A stretch of DNA of 63,513 nt, filler included, from Reclinomonas americana ATCC 50394 (GCA_048213135.1; 8 parts of 3 records of this genome joined end to end with filler, not necessarily neighbours in it); one strand, 5' to 3'; positions 11,595 to 27,493 are shown, counted from the whole stretch's first letter. The notes: generated from the sequence alone by a model not told the origin. Numbers and translations are program-made.

Positions 11595-13342
11595 TTATAC
11601 GCTATGTGCGCTTCGGAGGTCGCTCGGGTCCCCCTCGGCAGTTGTCGTCAGGAGCGGCTGCGAGCCGCGGCTCAAAAAGTCGTCGCTGGCCTTGGCCGGT
11701 TGCATTTCCGTGGACATGTGACTGTGCTTGGAGGTGAACGAGTTGCTGTGCCTGGAGCGCAGTGGTCTGAACATGATGGCCACCATGGTGACCAGCAGCA
11801 GGCCAATCAGACTCTGTGTGCACACACAGCTCGTGAGATGGCTGCGACACGGCACAGCAAGGAGCAGCAGCAGCAGCAGCAGCAGCACCTCCAGCAGCAA
11901 GATGTAGTTGCCGAAGATAATGGTCGGATCGGCGAGCTGAGCAAGGATGATGCCGATGAAGATGGAGGTGAGCACAACGGCCGTGGAGCACAACAGAGTG
12001 GCCTGTGCACGAGAGAAAAGATGAGGAGGAGGAGGAGGAGGCCGGAAGTGACCGAACACCTGGCGCTTGCGTGCGTACCTTGAGAAACGCCGTATGCAGA
12101 CTGGCGTTGGTAGCCGTGAAGCGACTCCTCTTCTTCAACCACAACAAGTAGAGAGGGAAGGAGACGAGCAGGAACACCACGATGGCCACACAAATGACCC
12201 ACGTGTAGGCAAAGCCGTGATACAGACGACTGCAGTGCGGAACAGAGAGCAACCACCCGTACGGCGCCACAATGCACACGTCGCTAAACATCCACGAGGC
12301 CAGCATTGACGCCGACACCACTCCACACACCATCTCCACACACTGCGCCACAATGACAATGGCCACCGGTGGAGAGCACGAGCGCGATTCCATGGCACGC
12401 ATGAGAGAGACCACCGGAACCACCCAGTGCAGCACCAGCAACGAGAGCAGAACCCTGCAGCCAGAAGAACACAGATTACTCGCTGCTGAGATATAGCGCA
12501 TGACTCTCTCTGTCGCTGAGCGCAACATCAGTGTCCCGTTCCCGATCACCACAAACGCGCCCGTGCGCAGCAATTCACCCCGATCGGTGAAGCGCAACAG
12601 CACGACGAGCAGGCGTGACAAGGAAGTGACACCAATGGACAGTCGGATGCCTTGCATGACCCAGAACATGACACGTTGCTGGCGAGTGAATCCTCTGTGT
12701 GTGTGAGAGAGAGTGTGAGAGAGAGAGAGTGGCCGACTATGGATGACAAGAGCTCGAGATGGGGTGGGAGTGCACTTTTTTCCGGGAATGAAGAACAAAT
12801 TGAGCGCAAAGAGCGCAAAGCCGAACGCACTGAGTATGCTGGTGATACATGTGTAGGCCACGCAGTAGCCGTCGCTGGTCTGCATGTTGGTGAAGAGAGA
12901 GTAAGGATGAGTCATGCAGGCCGATGTGCGAGAAGAGACTGTCTCTCTTTCTCACCAGCGAGCACCACGGCATGGGGCGCTGAATGAGCGGGGGTGTGTG
13001 CGGGAAGAGAGAGTGTATGCTCCGTGGCTTTGCAGGGTTGCGAGAATTCAGATGTCCTGTCGTTCGAATTCGCCTGCTGACCCGGCTTCTGCAGCAGCAA
13101 GGCACAGTGCGTGACCAAAGAGAGAATAGAGTGCAGTGCAGCACTCGTTTGCTTGCCTCGGATGAGTTCGACGTCGTGTTCGAATTTATGAATTCGAATT
13201 CGAACTCGCGGAGTGAAGCATAAACAAAGAGGGAATAGACCGCGTGTGCAGTACAGGCAGCTGCAAACTGCGCTTCCCTCACGTAGTCGGCACAAAGAAC
13301 GCCACCATGAAATGTCTCGACGTCTTCTTGCCAATCGGCCAT
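11595..13342 (-). CDS. Seven-transmembrane protein, paralog B (5' exons upstream of 12915 tentative)
   Basis: Hydrophobic segments: FALFALNLFFIPGKK|, VMFWVMQGIRL, VLLSLLVLHWV, VAIVIVAQCVEMV, FAYTWVICVAIVVFLLV, ATLLCSTAVVLTSIF and YILLLE|SLIGLLLVTMVAIMF. Clearly homologous to paralog A; the topology is reminiscent of TOM1/GPR137-type 7TM proteins. Confidence 0.7.
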
Positions 13343-13496
13343 TCGGTCGTGAAATGGACAGCGTTGCAGTTGATTTTTCTCGGCGGGCGCGTTCTGCTCT
13401 TTTCTGCGTTTACGCGTGTGTTGTGCTCTGTGTTTGTTTGCAAGAGAGACAGAGTGGAAAGCAAAAGAAAACGAGAGTGACTCTGTTGACAACTGA

Positions 13497-16287
<2,791 letters not shown>

Positions 16288-16469
16288 TTTCCACGAAGAG
16301 GGAGAGAAAAAACAGTAAGCAAGATGGGGACGGTGTTTGGCACACACACATAGCACATAGCAGAGCAGGGGGGAGGGAAAGTTTTGTTGAGAAGGAGCTG
16401 TACAGCATGCATAATGAGTGAAGTCGGTCGTTTGCTCGCGTCAGTTTGTTCCAATCCGTATCACCGACA

Positions 16470-16569
16470 NNNNNNNNNNNNNNNNNNNNNNNNNNNNNNN
16501 NNNNNNNNNNNNNTTAATTAATTAANNNNNNNNNNNNNNNNNNNNNNNNNNNNNNNNNNNNNNNNNNNN
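16470..16569. other. Assembly gap with artificial six-frame-stop linker TTAATTAATTAA (also ~27438, 30359, 39374, 47044, 55313, 61403)
   Basis: The identical 12-mer is centred in identical 100-nt N blocks. Confidence 0.95.
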
Positions 16570-16759
16570 GGGTGTGCTGGGCAATGGATTCAAGCACGCC
16601 GAGGATCGGCGCACATCTTCCAGCGATGAAGACGAAGATGGCGCCGATCCTGAGCATGGCAGGAAATCGCCAGGCGACGGCGGAGGAATGGTGGTGAACG
16701 GAAATGGTCGCGGCGGTGACGTGCACTCGCGGCGACACCACCGTGACCACAGAGAATGA
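16570..16759 (+). CDS. 3' fragment of an unknown gene (5' part in gap)
   Basis: Open frame from the gap edge (...SSSDEDEDGADPEHG...RDHRE*) followed by AATAAA at ~16764. Confidence 0.4.
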
Positions 16760-16803
16760 AACCAATAAAGAGGAGGGTGCTGTTGTTGTTCTCGATTCTT
16801 TTT

Positions 16804-19800
16804 TTACGTAGCCGGTGGCAGTGGTGAAGGGAAGAACGGATTTGAAAAGGCGTGTTCCCGGAAGAAGCCGCGCTGCTCCGCAATGTGCCACTGACCGCGT
16901 TCGTGGAACTCGGCGCGCGTCAGCGACGCCGATCGCAGCTGTTGACGGTCTCGTGCAAAGATGGCGGCTCCCCGCCACGGATCGAGGATTGAGCCACCGG
17001 CACTGCCGCCAATCACGCGAATCGGCTGACCGTAGGCCGAGAACGCGCGAATCTCATTGGTGACACGGCCGGTGAAGTTGGGGAAGAGGGTGTTGCCACC
17101 GACCACGTACACATTCTGCAGCAGCTCACGCTGCACAGCCTGCGGATAGCGTGCCAGTACCGTCTGAATGCATTCCACGAGACCGGCCTGCTCACAGCCG
17201 GCCAGCTGCGGCTGGAAGACCAACTCGGGCACGCGAATGCGCTCCACAGCCAGCTGCAGCTGGTGGTTCTCCGCGTCGCAAAAGGCTGTTTGTGTCTGTC
17301 CGAGGCCATACAGCGCTGTGTAGCACAAAGAGAAAAAATGCAGAGTTGGAACGGCAGGACAGAAGAGAAACGAGGAAGAGGCGTGTGTGTGTGCGCAACG
17401 CAACTCTCTCTCCGGCTGTTGCGCATGCGGTGCACAATGGCGTACCAGTCCGGCTCCATCTCCGCAATCTCCACATCCAATGCCTCCACACGCGCGCTAA
17501 TGGTCTCCTCGTCGGAGGAGCTGTCGTCGGCCTCCTTGGCCATGAACTTGTACACGTTCCAGTCGTCGTCGCGCTCGCCGAAACGCTGCTCCGTCGGCGC
17601 CGCCTCGCTCATGCCACCGGCCTCTGCCAGCGCCTTGAGTCGCATCTGCGCCACCACACCTCGCCGATCGTTCATCTCCTTCTTGCGACGCTTCTTGCGC
17701 TCCACCCGGTCGAGGTACTCGTCACGCAGGCGCTTCTTCGACTTGAGCCACTCGGCCGGACTCCTCAATCGAAGCTCCTGCTCGCGTCTCTTCTCCTCGT
17801 CCTCCCGCTCGCGCTTCTCCTGCAGCTCGGCTCGTCGTCGTTCGCGGGCCTCGGCAATGTTCTTCATGAAGCGCTGTCGCTTCTTCTCCTTGCGCTGCGC
17901 CTCGTCTAGCTGCGAATCCGGCACGTCGAGCAACGGGTACAACTCGGCCGGCGACAATGACGCCTGCGGATCGCCGCTGCCGTCGCCCGCCTCCGCCTCC
18001 TTGTCACCGCGCGCCTTGGCCAGCTTCTTCTCCACCTCGACAATGCGCTTGTTCAACTCGTCGTCGTTCTTGCATTCGCGGCGCGCCAGCTCCTCCTTGT
18101 ACTCTTTCGGAAGGCACTGCGTCTTGAACGACTGCACCTTGCGTAGATCCTCCAACTGGGCGTCGAGTTGGCGAATCTGACGAAGAAATGATGCGCTGAG
18201 CGGCAGTAGAGAATTGTAGGCTTTCGTGTAGGCGTACCTTTTCCTCTCGCTTCCTCATCGCCATGTCACGCAGACGCTGTGCGGCTTCCTGACGCCGCCG
18301 CTCGCGTCGCTCAACGTCCTCTTCGCTCATTGTGGTGACCGACTGCCGTGCAGGGGATGCAGAAGGGGTGAGAGGGAAGAATTGTTGATGGGACGGGAAA
18401 ACGATAAACTCACCGGAATGAAGGGCAGCTGCACGCGGACGGGACCAAACGACGGCTCCACCGGTCCCTCCTCCTTTACATCGCGCACATGGCCGCGCTC
18501 CGCTCGCAGATTGCCCTCGTCGACGAGCAGCTCCTGGTACCCTCGCAGCTCCTCCATGTAATCGAAATCGACCGTGTACGTAAACGTCTCCTTCATGCGC
18601 TCAACAGCAATGGGCAGCACCGACGTGCGATGCTGCGGGTACTTGACTTGCAGCAGCTTCATGAGGTGATCGGTGGCATCCATGCCGCCGAGATTGATGC
18701 GCAGTGCGTTGTTCGCCTCCATCTTGTGGTCAATGTACGGAATCACATGCGTGCCGGCGTAGCCGCTGGAGATGATCAGCGCGCGCCCGTGAGGACAGAA
18801 GCCCTCTGTGCGCGTGAGGTGTGTGAGTGTGATGTGAGGCACGCAGAGAGAGAAAGAGAGACGCGCATTCACCATTCGAGTAGCGTGCATAGTTGAGGCC
18901 AAACAGTGCATCGACGCCCCAACACACCGACGGCACACTGTAGTGCTCAAAGAGCGACTCGGCCAGCACTGCTTGTCGAGGAAAGCGTCAGTGCATGGCG
19001 AGGAGGAAGGCAAAGGAAGCGTGGAGAACGCAACAGCCGCGTGAGTAATTGAGATTGCACACAGTCTCCGTCATCACCACCGGATGGAAGACTCCCTCCG
19101 TGTCGATGCCGAGACGCGAGAACGCATAGTCCCACAGCGCCTCCTGCACGTCCAAGTGGCTGACAATGCCACGATCGGAGGCGGTCTTGGTGTACAGACG
19201 ATACACGTCTGACTGCACCAACGAGATGAGTGCCGAAGAAGAGCACACACGACGAACAAGAGACAACTCGCCTCGGGAATGTCGACGCCGACCGAATCCA
19301 CATCGCGAAAGCGCTTCGAGATGATGCTGCGGTACACGTCTGCACACACACACACACACCCGACGACTATCAGAGGAGAGACGCGAGGTGACAAGGTCTC
19401 TTTGTTGCTCTTCTCTCTCTCCCTGTCTCTCTCTCTCTCTCTTTCTTTCTCTCTCTTGCCCTCTCCTTCCTCCTTCCCTCTCTGTCTCGTGACACGCAGA
19501 GAGACACGCAACATCGCGGCGACTCCTCACTGGCCCATCCCACCTTGAGTCGGTGTGACCCTGCGACACACAATGCACATGAGAAATGCATGCAATGTGC
19601 ATGCGAGAGAGCAATGAGAGCGGGCACCATTGTCGACAATCAGAGGTGTCTCTGTGTCGCGAAACGAGTCATAGTCGTGAGAGTAGGCGTCAGTCGGATC
19701 TGTGTGTGTGTGTGAGAGAGAGAGAGTGAGAGAGATGCAAGGCAAGTCGCCACCACTGCACGCAACAATCCGCAGAGTAGTACGTGGGTGGGGGAAGGCC

Positions 19801-19824
19801 CCACACAGGCACCACTCTCTGCAT
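16804..19824 (-). CDS. ARP5: Actin-related protein 5 (INO80 complex subunit)
   Basis: Motifs PLIVDNG|SHRLKVGWA, HPVVMTETVCNLNYSR, LAESLFEHYSVPSVCWGVDALF, IISSGYAGTHVIP, RINLGG, the long charged insertion (YPLLDVPDSQLDEAQRKEKKRQRFMK; FGERDDDWNVYK) typical of Arp5, and VERIRVPELVFQP...NVYVVGGNTLFP...WRGA...FSNP. Confidence 0.93.
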
Positions 19825-20524
19825 CGTCACACGCTCTCTTACACACACACTACACGCACACTCGTCCTGCGCGGAGTCCTCTCACTCTCATTCTNNNNNN
19901 NNNNNNNNNNNNNNNNNNNNNNNNNNNNNNNNNNNNNNNNNNNNNNNNNNNNNNNNNNNNNNNNNNNNNNNNNNNNNNNNNNNNNNNNNNNNNNNNNNNN
20001 NNNNNNNNNNNNNNNNNNNNNNNNNNNNNNNNNNNNNNNNNNNNNNNNNNNNNNNNNNNNNNNNNNNNNNNNNNNNNNNNNNNNNNNNNNNNNNNNNNNN
20101 NNNNNNNNNNNNNNNNNNNNNNNNNNNNNNNNNNNNNNNNNNNNNNNNNNNNNNNNNNNNNNNNNNNNNNNNNNNNNNNNNNNNNNNNNNNNNNNNNNNN
20201 NNNNNNNNNNNNNNNNNNNNNNNNNNNNNNNNNNNNNNNNNNNNNNNNNNNNNNNNNNNNNNNNNNNNNNNNNNNNNNNNNNNNNNNNNNNNNNNNNNNN
20301 NNNNNNNNNNNNNNNNNNNNNNNNNNNNNNNNNNNNNNNNNNNNNNNNNNNNNNNNNNNNNNNNNNNNNNNNNNNNNNNNNNNNNNNNNNNNNNNNNNNN
20401 NNNNNNNNNNNNNNNNNNNNNNNNNNNNNNNNNNNNNNNNNNNNNNNNNNNNNNNNNNNNNNNNNNNNNNNNNNNNNNNNNNNNNNNNNNNNNNNNNNNN
20501 NNNNNNNNNNNNNNNNNNNNNNNN

Positions 20525-20700
<176 letters not shown>

Positions 20701-20706
20701 ACACAG

Positions 20707-21120
20707 ATGACTGAGCAAGTGACTGCGCATCTGGCCTTGTACCGCCAGTCGACGAACCACCTCTCCGACACCATTGGCTCCTCGATCGGCGCCATGCAGA
20801 GCTTCATTCTCAAAGCCGAGGAGCTCTCTCGCGACGAGCTGGACCGACTCGACTCACTGTACGAGTCTCTCAGTGAGATTCACCGCGATCTGCTCGACAT
20901 TGAGGAGAGCGTCGACACGCACCTGGCTGCGGCTACGATTGTGGCGCGACAGAGTGGTGGTGGTGGTGGTGCTGCTGGTGCGCAGGCGGCACCGCAGGGA
21001 GCTGGGCATCGGAGGGCTGTGTCGTCGGCGCGTTCCACGGCGGCGACCGCTGCTTCTGGGGCTGGTGGTGCGGTGGGGGCGGTGTCGGGCAGCCCGTCGA
21101 GTAGGTTCTCCAGTCTGTGA
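20707..21120 (+). CDS. BORCS6: Last exon of a BORC subunit 6 (lyspersin)-like protein
   Basis: MTEQVTAHLALYRQSTNHLSDTIGSSIGAMQSFILKAEELSRDELDRLDSLYESLSEIHRDLLDIE matches the remembered BORCS6 C-terminal coiled-coil pattern (Y+dSV..l.d.vd.sI.am..li.kCEEL). The 5' exons lie in the gap. Confidence 0.65.
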   Translation: MTEQVTAHLALYRQSTNHLSDTIGSSIGAMQSFILKAEELSRDELDRLDSLYESLSEIHRDLLDIEESVDTHLAAATIVARQSGGGGGAAGAQAAPQGAGHRRAVSSARSTAATAASGAGGAVGAVSGSPSSRFSSL

Positions 21121-21169
21121 ATAATGGAAGCGCTGTGCAGTGCTCTCCTTCTCAGCGGGGCATCGTTGT

Positions 21170-21600
21170 AGTGGTAGAATGCTCTTGCATGCACAGCTTC
21201 GAAGGAGTTGCGAGACACCGTTGCTGCTTCATAGTAGAAGCTGTGTGCATGCAGTGTTGGGTAATCCACGAGGTTCCTAAGTACTGAGCTTGCTTGTGCA
21301 GTGTGTTTCGTCAGCGATATATAGTTGATTCCTCTTTCAGGTTGCCAGAGCCGTGAAGGTTGCTTCTGCTTGTCATCAGAGAGGCTGTGTGCTTGTAATG
21401 TGGGGTAGCCGAAGGTTCTGGAGCCTGTAGATTAGGGAAGCTTGCTTGTGCAGTGTCTTTCTTTAGCGGCACAAGTCGTAGAAATCTCATTCAGGTTGCT
21501 GACTTGCATGCGCAGCTGAAGGAGTTGCGAGAGCTGCTGCTTCACAGGAGAAGCTATGTGCATGCTGCTGGGTAGTCCGAGGTTCTTGTCTGTGAACAGC
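21170..21600. repeat. Degenerate ~150-bp tandem repeat (about 3 copies) between BORCS6 and ACBP genes
   Basis: A CTGCTT..AGA(A/G)GCT(G/A)TGTGC..GGGTA..AGGTTC block recurs at ~21224, ~21366 and ~21535. AGCTTGCTTGTGCAGTGT...TTCAGGTTGC recurs at ~21287 and ~21439. Confidence 0.6.
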
Positions 21601-21795
21601 AGCAAGGCTTGACCAATATGACAACTTCGAGTTCCGATATATAACGATGAAGTTGCAATCGACGTTCAAGCGCGTCGACAACAGAAAGCTGCCAAGCGCG
21701 AGTAGCAAGTTGTCGTCTTCAGATGGCAGCGACGAGCTTGTTCTCAGCACAGAGCAAAGCATGTCCTGTGGATCTTGATTTCGATTTTCAACACC

Positions 21796-24335
21796 ATGGG
21801 CAAGTCGCGCCTCGACAAGCTCTTCCGCCGGGCCACCATCTATGTGGCCCGCGCACCACCAGTTGCGTCTGGAGCACCCACATTCACACCTCTCAGAGTG
21901 TGTCGCTCACTCTATACGCACGCACAGTTGCACGCCGAGGTACCACAAGCCACACGCATGCGCTTCTACTCGGCATTCAAGCAAGCCACTGAAGGTTGCG
22001 CCACTCATACACACTCTCGTCGCTTCCTCTATCTCATCGACGTGTGCGCGCAGGCGATGTCAAGGGCCAACGCCCATCCATGTTCTCCCGCGTGGAGCGC
22101 TCCAAATGGTTCACGCACTCACTCACATCCCTCTCTGTCTGTCCCTCTCACCCTCCCTCTCACCCTCTCTCTCTCTCTCACACACACACAGGGACGCGTG
22201 GAAGGAGTTTGAAGGCACGCCCAAGGAAGTCGCGCAGCAAATCTACGTGGATCTGTTGTCGAGCATGGCGCCCGAGTGGCAGCTGTGGGATGGCTTCGAG
22301 TCCGACTCTGACGACGACAACCTGTCGGGCATTGCGCCGGCTGCGTTCCAGAGTCCGCGTCCGCGCTTTGGGTCGTCGTCGTCGCTGGCGGAGATCGCCT
22401 CGGCAGTTGGAACGCCCCCCGATGAGTCCTCCTCGTCGTCGACAACTGGTTTGCAGCAACAGCAGCAGCAGCAGCAACAACAGGCGCCTGTGTCGCTCCC
22501 GCAGAGACATGCTTCGGGTAGTCTGCTCCACGTGGTCTCCATGGGCTCCATGCATCGCGTATCACCGGTAAGGAGACACGCACGTAGTAGTGCACAGACC
22601 GACCGCCCGACCCACTTTGTCTCCTCGTCGCTCTCTTCTCCGTCCCTCTCTCTCTCTCTCGCTTCCTATTTAGAATGCCACCTCTCCTTCATCATATCGC
22701 CGCCCGCCGCTGCTTCCATCGCGATCGTACACTCTTTTGCCGGGTGTTGACGGGGGTGGTGAACAGCAAGGTCGCTCGTCGACGGCACCCACGTCACCGA
22801 ATCAGCCGCCGCGGTCTGTGAACCCGCATGCGTACCCCGATGTGTTGCACCTGGAACCGGCCATGTCAGTCAGCGTCACTGCCAACAGTGCCGGCAGCGC
22901 AGCCAGCAGCAGCGTTGGCAGTGCCGGTGGTGAGTCTGGGCCTCGACGGCCGTTTCGCTCGCGCATGGTCAGCAGCAAGTCGCACGACTCGCTGGCGCGA
23001 CTGCATCAGAAGCACTTGCGCCAGAGTGCAGGGTCGGGCTCATCCTCCGAGTCTCCGTCACCACCGCCGCAACCGCTGCCTCCCTCGGCGCACGGCTCGT
23101 CCAGTCGCCATCAGCACGGTCGGCATCATCACAACCAGCCGCATCACCATCATCATCCGCAACATCAGCACGAGCTGTCGCAGCAGCAGCAGCAGCAACT
23201 TCAATCGGCCGTGTCACCGCGCAAGTTGTCACAGTACCACCAGAGCCGGCGACAACCCGGTGATGCCAAGTCACCGTCTCCGACCACGGGCATCATCATT
23301 CCGGCACCACTGGCGCCCGTCGCCATGTCGGCACATCCGCACATGCGACGACGTTCCCAGTCGTTTGGTGCCCGTCACGCCGCGCACGTTGCCGGTGACT
23401 CGAGCGACAGCAGCGACACGGGGCTGTCACCTCTGCCCGTGCATGGGACGCCTCTGCTGCCGCACTTGCCGACTGCGCCGGCCGCCATGTTCACTGGTCG
23501 TGTGGGTCGCGTCTCGTCGTACCAGCAGCTGCAGCAACTGCAACAACAACAACAGCAACTGCTGCAGCAGCAGCAGCAACAACAACAACAACAACAACAA
23601 AAGCAGTTGTCGCCGCCACCATCACCGTTGCTCCCTCCATCGTCGGCGTCGTCGTCGGCGTCGTTGCCGGTGCAGACCGCGGCTGCTGCTGCTGCTGCTA
23701 CCGCGTCGTCGGCACATCTCCACCACTACAACAGCCAACCGCCGACCTTTGGTCACCAACAGCCGCATCACTATCATCATCACCACCACCACAACAATGC
23801 CCATTACCACCAGCAGGAACAACAGCCCCACCACCACCACCATATGCCACTGCCGCCATCGTCGTCCCTGTCGTCGCTGTCTTCGCACTCGCGATCACGG
23901 CACCATCAGTCGCAGTATCTGCCACAGCAGCAGCAACCACAACAGCAACACCAACAACAACCATCGTCACGTCGCCACCACTCGCAACGAGCTGCCACCG
24001 AAGTGGATGCGTCGGCATACTTGGCGTCATCGCCGCTGCTCTCGCGCGACACAAGTACCCGGAGTACGCGTGGTTTCACGACGCCTGTCGAGGTACTCTC
24101 ACCTTTCCTCTCCCTCTCCTCTGTGCTGTTGTTGTTCATCACATCACATTGGTGACGCGCAGGACTCACTTCGCGATGCCGTGGCTTCTGCTGCGTGGAC
24201 GCCGGTGTCGCCCGTGAAAGGCGCCGCCAACAGCAGCAGCAGTGGATCCACTCGACGACGCAGTGGAATGGTCAGCAGCGCCAGCACCGGCTCGTTCACT
24301 GATTTGGTGGAGGAGGTCATTGCATCGGCGGCTGG
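21796..24335 (+). CDS. Acyl-CoA-binding (ACBP) domain protein with very long Ser/Gln/His-rich low-complexity tail (3' end in gap)
   Basis: MGKSRLDKLFRRATIYV...|...RMRFYSAFKQATEG|DVKGQRPSMFSRVERSKW|DAWKEFEGTPKEVAQQIYVDLL matches the ACBP signature LY..fKQAT.G...KWdAW. The tail has polyQ and polyH runs. Confidence 0.85.
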
Positions 24336-24698
24336 NNNNNNNNNNNNNNNNNNNNNNNNNNNNNNNNNNNNNNNNNNNNNNNNNNNNNNNNNNNNNNNNN
24401 NNNNNNNNNNNNNNNNNNNNNNNNNNNNNNNNNNNNNNNNNNNNNNNNNNNNNNNNNNNNNNNNNNNNNNNNNNNNNNNNNNNNNNNNNNNNNNNNNNNN
24501 NNNNNNNNNNNNNNNNNNNNNNNNNNNNNNNNNNNNNNNNNNNNNNNNNNNNNNNNNNNNNNNNNNNNNNNNNNNNNNNNNNNNNNNNNNNNNNNNNNNN
24601 NNNNNNNNNNNNNNNNNNNNNNNNNNNNNNNNNNNNNNNNNNNNNNNNNNNNNNNNNNNNNCGCATACACAATGAGAAATGCAAAAACAATGACTTTG

Positions 24699-25338
24699 CT
24701 AGAAAGACGACGCAACATTGGTGTGGAAGAGACGCGAGCTGAGTGTTGACATGGTGTCGTCAAACATGCTGCGCATCTTGCGCGTCTCCTCCTGGTACTG
24801 CTGAATGAGATCCAGCGCATCCTTGACGCGCTGGATTCGTTCCCGACAGATGGTGACCCGCCGTCGCAACACCCACATCTCGGTTCGCATGCTGTACGGC
24901 AACACGATTGGCTTGTCGGAGAGCGAGATCAGCGGCTGGCCCGTCGAGGCGTTCTTGATGGCGGCGATAAACGACTTGCGTGCCGTCAACGACGACAAGT
25001 TGGTCGAGCTGGCCAACAGCGCAATGTCGGCCTCGCTGCTGGCGGTCGACGATGCCGTCGACACGGAGGTCGCCGCTGCACCACCTTTCGTGGTCGCCGT
25101 GGCCGCCACCATCGCGGCGGCTTCGTCACCGTCGTTGTACGCCGCTGCATCATTCTCCGGGCTGCCCTCACTGTCCAAGTGCAGCAGGCGCATGGAGAAC
25201 TGGCGGAGGGAACGTGAGCGGCCTTGGTTCTGCATCATGTCTTGCCGCCACAAGTCGGGACGCAGCAGCGGTGCGCTGGCCGACGCCAGATCAACAGCCG
25301 CAGCAGCAATACCACCACCAGCCCCACCGGCACCAGTT
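24699..25338 (-). CDS. 3' part of unknown gene with C-terminal coiled coil
   Basis: About 210 open codons from the gap edge to a stop at 24699, ending MWVLRRRVTICRERIQRVKDALDLIQQYQEETRKMRSMFDD...SSF*. No family recognised. Confidence 0.55.
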
Positions 25339-27493
25339 NNNNNNNNNNNNNNNNNNNNNNNNNNNNNNNNNNNNNNNNNNNNNNNNNNNNNNNNNNNNNN
25401 NNNNNNNNNNNNNNNNNNNNNNNNNNNNNNNNNNNNNNNNNNNNNNNNNNNNNNNNNNNNNNNNNNNNNNNNNNNNNNNNNNNNNNNNNNNNNNNNNNNN
25501 NNNNNNNNNNNNNNNNNNNNNNNNNNNNNNNNNNNNNNNNNNNNNNNNNNNNNNNNNNNNNNNNNNNNNNNNNNNNNNNNNNNNNNNNNNGATTGACGAG
25601 TGAAGATGTAGCGTAAGAGATGTGTGAGGTGGGGAGGGGGAAAGGTGGCGGGCAAAACGACCTCCGCCAAATTTGGCAGTGCCCGCTTTTCTCTCTTGCC
25701 CATATATTTTCTGTCAGTGTATTTGTGCTTTCTCCTCTCCCACTCCTCCGCCAGCCGTACTGCGCACATGTGAATGTGTCGGAGCCAGCGGTGCCACTGC
25801 TCCACGCTTCGGCGGCGAGCGCGCACTCGCCCCTTCTCATCACAAGGCAAGATTCTTTTGCGTCCGCTTCAGTGCTTGCCCACACGTTTTTCGCAGAAAT
25901 CGAGAGGCTGGTGAGAACCGCCGGCGGGGAAGGTAGAGAGGAGCAAACCGGGGACCACCTCCGCTTGTCGTCACAGTTGGAGAGGGTGCGGCGACGGAGA
26001 TGCACCACGTCCCAAAGCGTCACTCGCAGAATATTGGGGGACGAGAACATTCGCGACATGCCACTCGGAGGCGGAGCTCATGGCGATGAACGACCAAGTG
26101 ATGACCCATGGCAGTGACACACATACACACCCACACGCAGAGTGGCGCGTGGCGATGGAGTGTGGACATGTACATCACATATAGATTTTGTACATATTTA
26201 TCAGCTGCTCTCTTGCCAAGGCATGGTGTGTGTGTGTGTGAGAGAGAGATGGTGTCGAGAGGCAGGTGGCACCAGAGGGAGAGGCGACTTTGTGTCGTTT
26301 TTCTTCGCATGGTAAAGAAAGTGAGCAAAACAGCGAAAGACAAAGCCGCTCGCGACCCGCATCACAAAATCGCAGCGACCCAGAAAGCGCGCGCACACGC
26401 GTGTGTGTCTCCCACATGAGCGACCCCGAGAGGTGAGCGACAGTGCGCACACACACACAGAGACACACACAGGCGCGCGTGTGTGAGAATGCGTTTTGTG
26501 TGAGGTGCGACAGTTGTAATGGCCGCCATGGCCTCGTCGCAAAAGTGTGTCTTTCTTTTCTCTCGTTGCGTGTGTGTGTGTGTGTGTTCTCTGTCTCCGT
26601 TTGTTGCTGCGTGTGTGTGCGAAAGAAGACAACGTTGAGAAGAGGAACATTCAATGATTGGAGAGAGGCAGAAGTCGGCGCCCATTCAAATGGGATTCTT
26701 TTTTTTGTCCCACGTGAATCTCGACAATCTCTCACTCTGTGTGTGCTCTCTCTCTTTCCTATCTCTCTCTCTCTCTGCGTGTGTGTGCGTGGTGAGAGGT
26801 GTGTGACAGGAGTGTGTGTGTGGCGGTTGTGTGTGTGAGAATGGGAGAGAGAGAACGCGGCATCTATTATCGATTGTGCGGACATTGGGAAAAAGAATGT
26901 TCTTTTCCTGAAATTTCCCTCACGCGCATTTCCTGTTTTCCTCGCTCTCTCCGCGTGACTCCGCTTTCTCTTTTGCTCTTTGCTCTTTGCTTTTCCTCGT
27001 TTCCCGCCCGCGCGTCGTCCTTGCAACGGTCGGTTGTTATTGCAGTCTGGGGATATCCTTTTCTGCCGAACCTTCTTGTGCACATACTCCGTTGAGTGTT
27101 TTCGAGTTGGGGTTTTTTTCTTTGTGTGTTGAGGGGAGGAGGCGACTCTTATACGCGCGCGCGTGCTTGTGTGTGTGTGGTGGTAACGCCGGTGTTTGTT
27201 TGCCCATGTTTGGCATGCTCGCTCCGCTTGGCGCCTGATTCTTTTCGTATGTGGGATACAGCATCATTTCTCATTCTCATGCCCATCGCGTTGTCCCACA
27301 CTTGCACTCTTGCGTGCACATACACACGCGCGCGCGTTAATCATCATACAGTGCTTGCTATTGTCGTGCATCTCACACTTTGTGTTTTTTCTANNNNNNN
27401 NNNNNNNNNNNNNNNNNNNNNNNNNNNNNNNNNNNNNTTAATTAATTAANNNNNNNNNNNNNNNNNNNNNNNNNNNNNNNNNNNNNNNNNNNN

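Noticed and set aside
16514-16525. Recurrent palindrome TTAATTAATTAA
   Set aside because: Always centred in 100-nt N blocks; an artificial scaffolding linker.
25591-27393. Possible 5' exons of neighbouring fragmentary genes
   Set aside because: Several frames are possible, none has homology cues, and the region is dominated by simple repeats; left uncalled.
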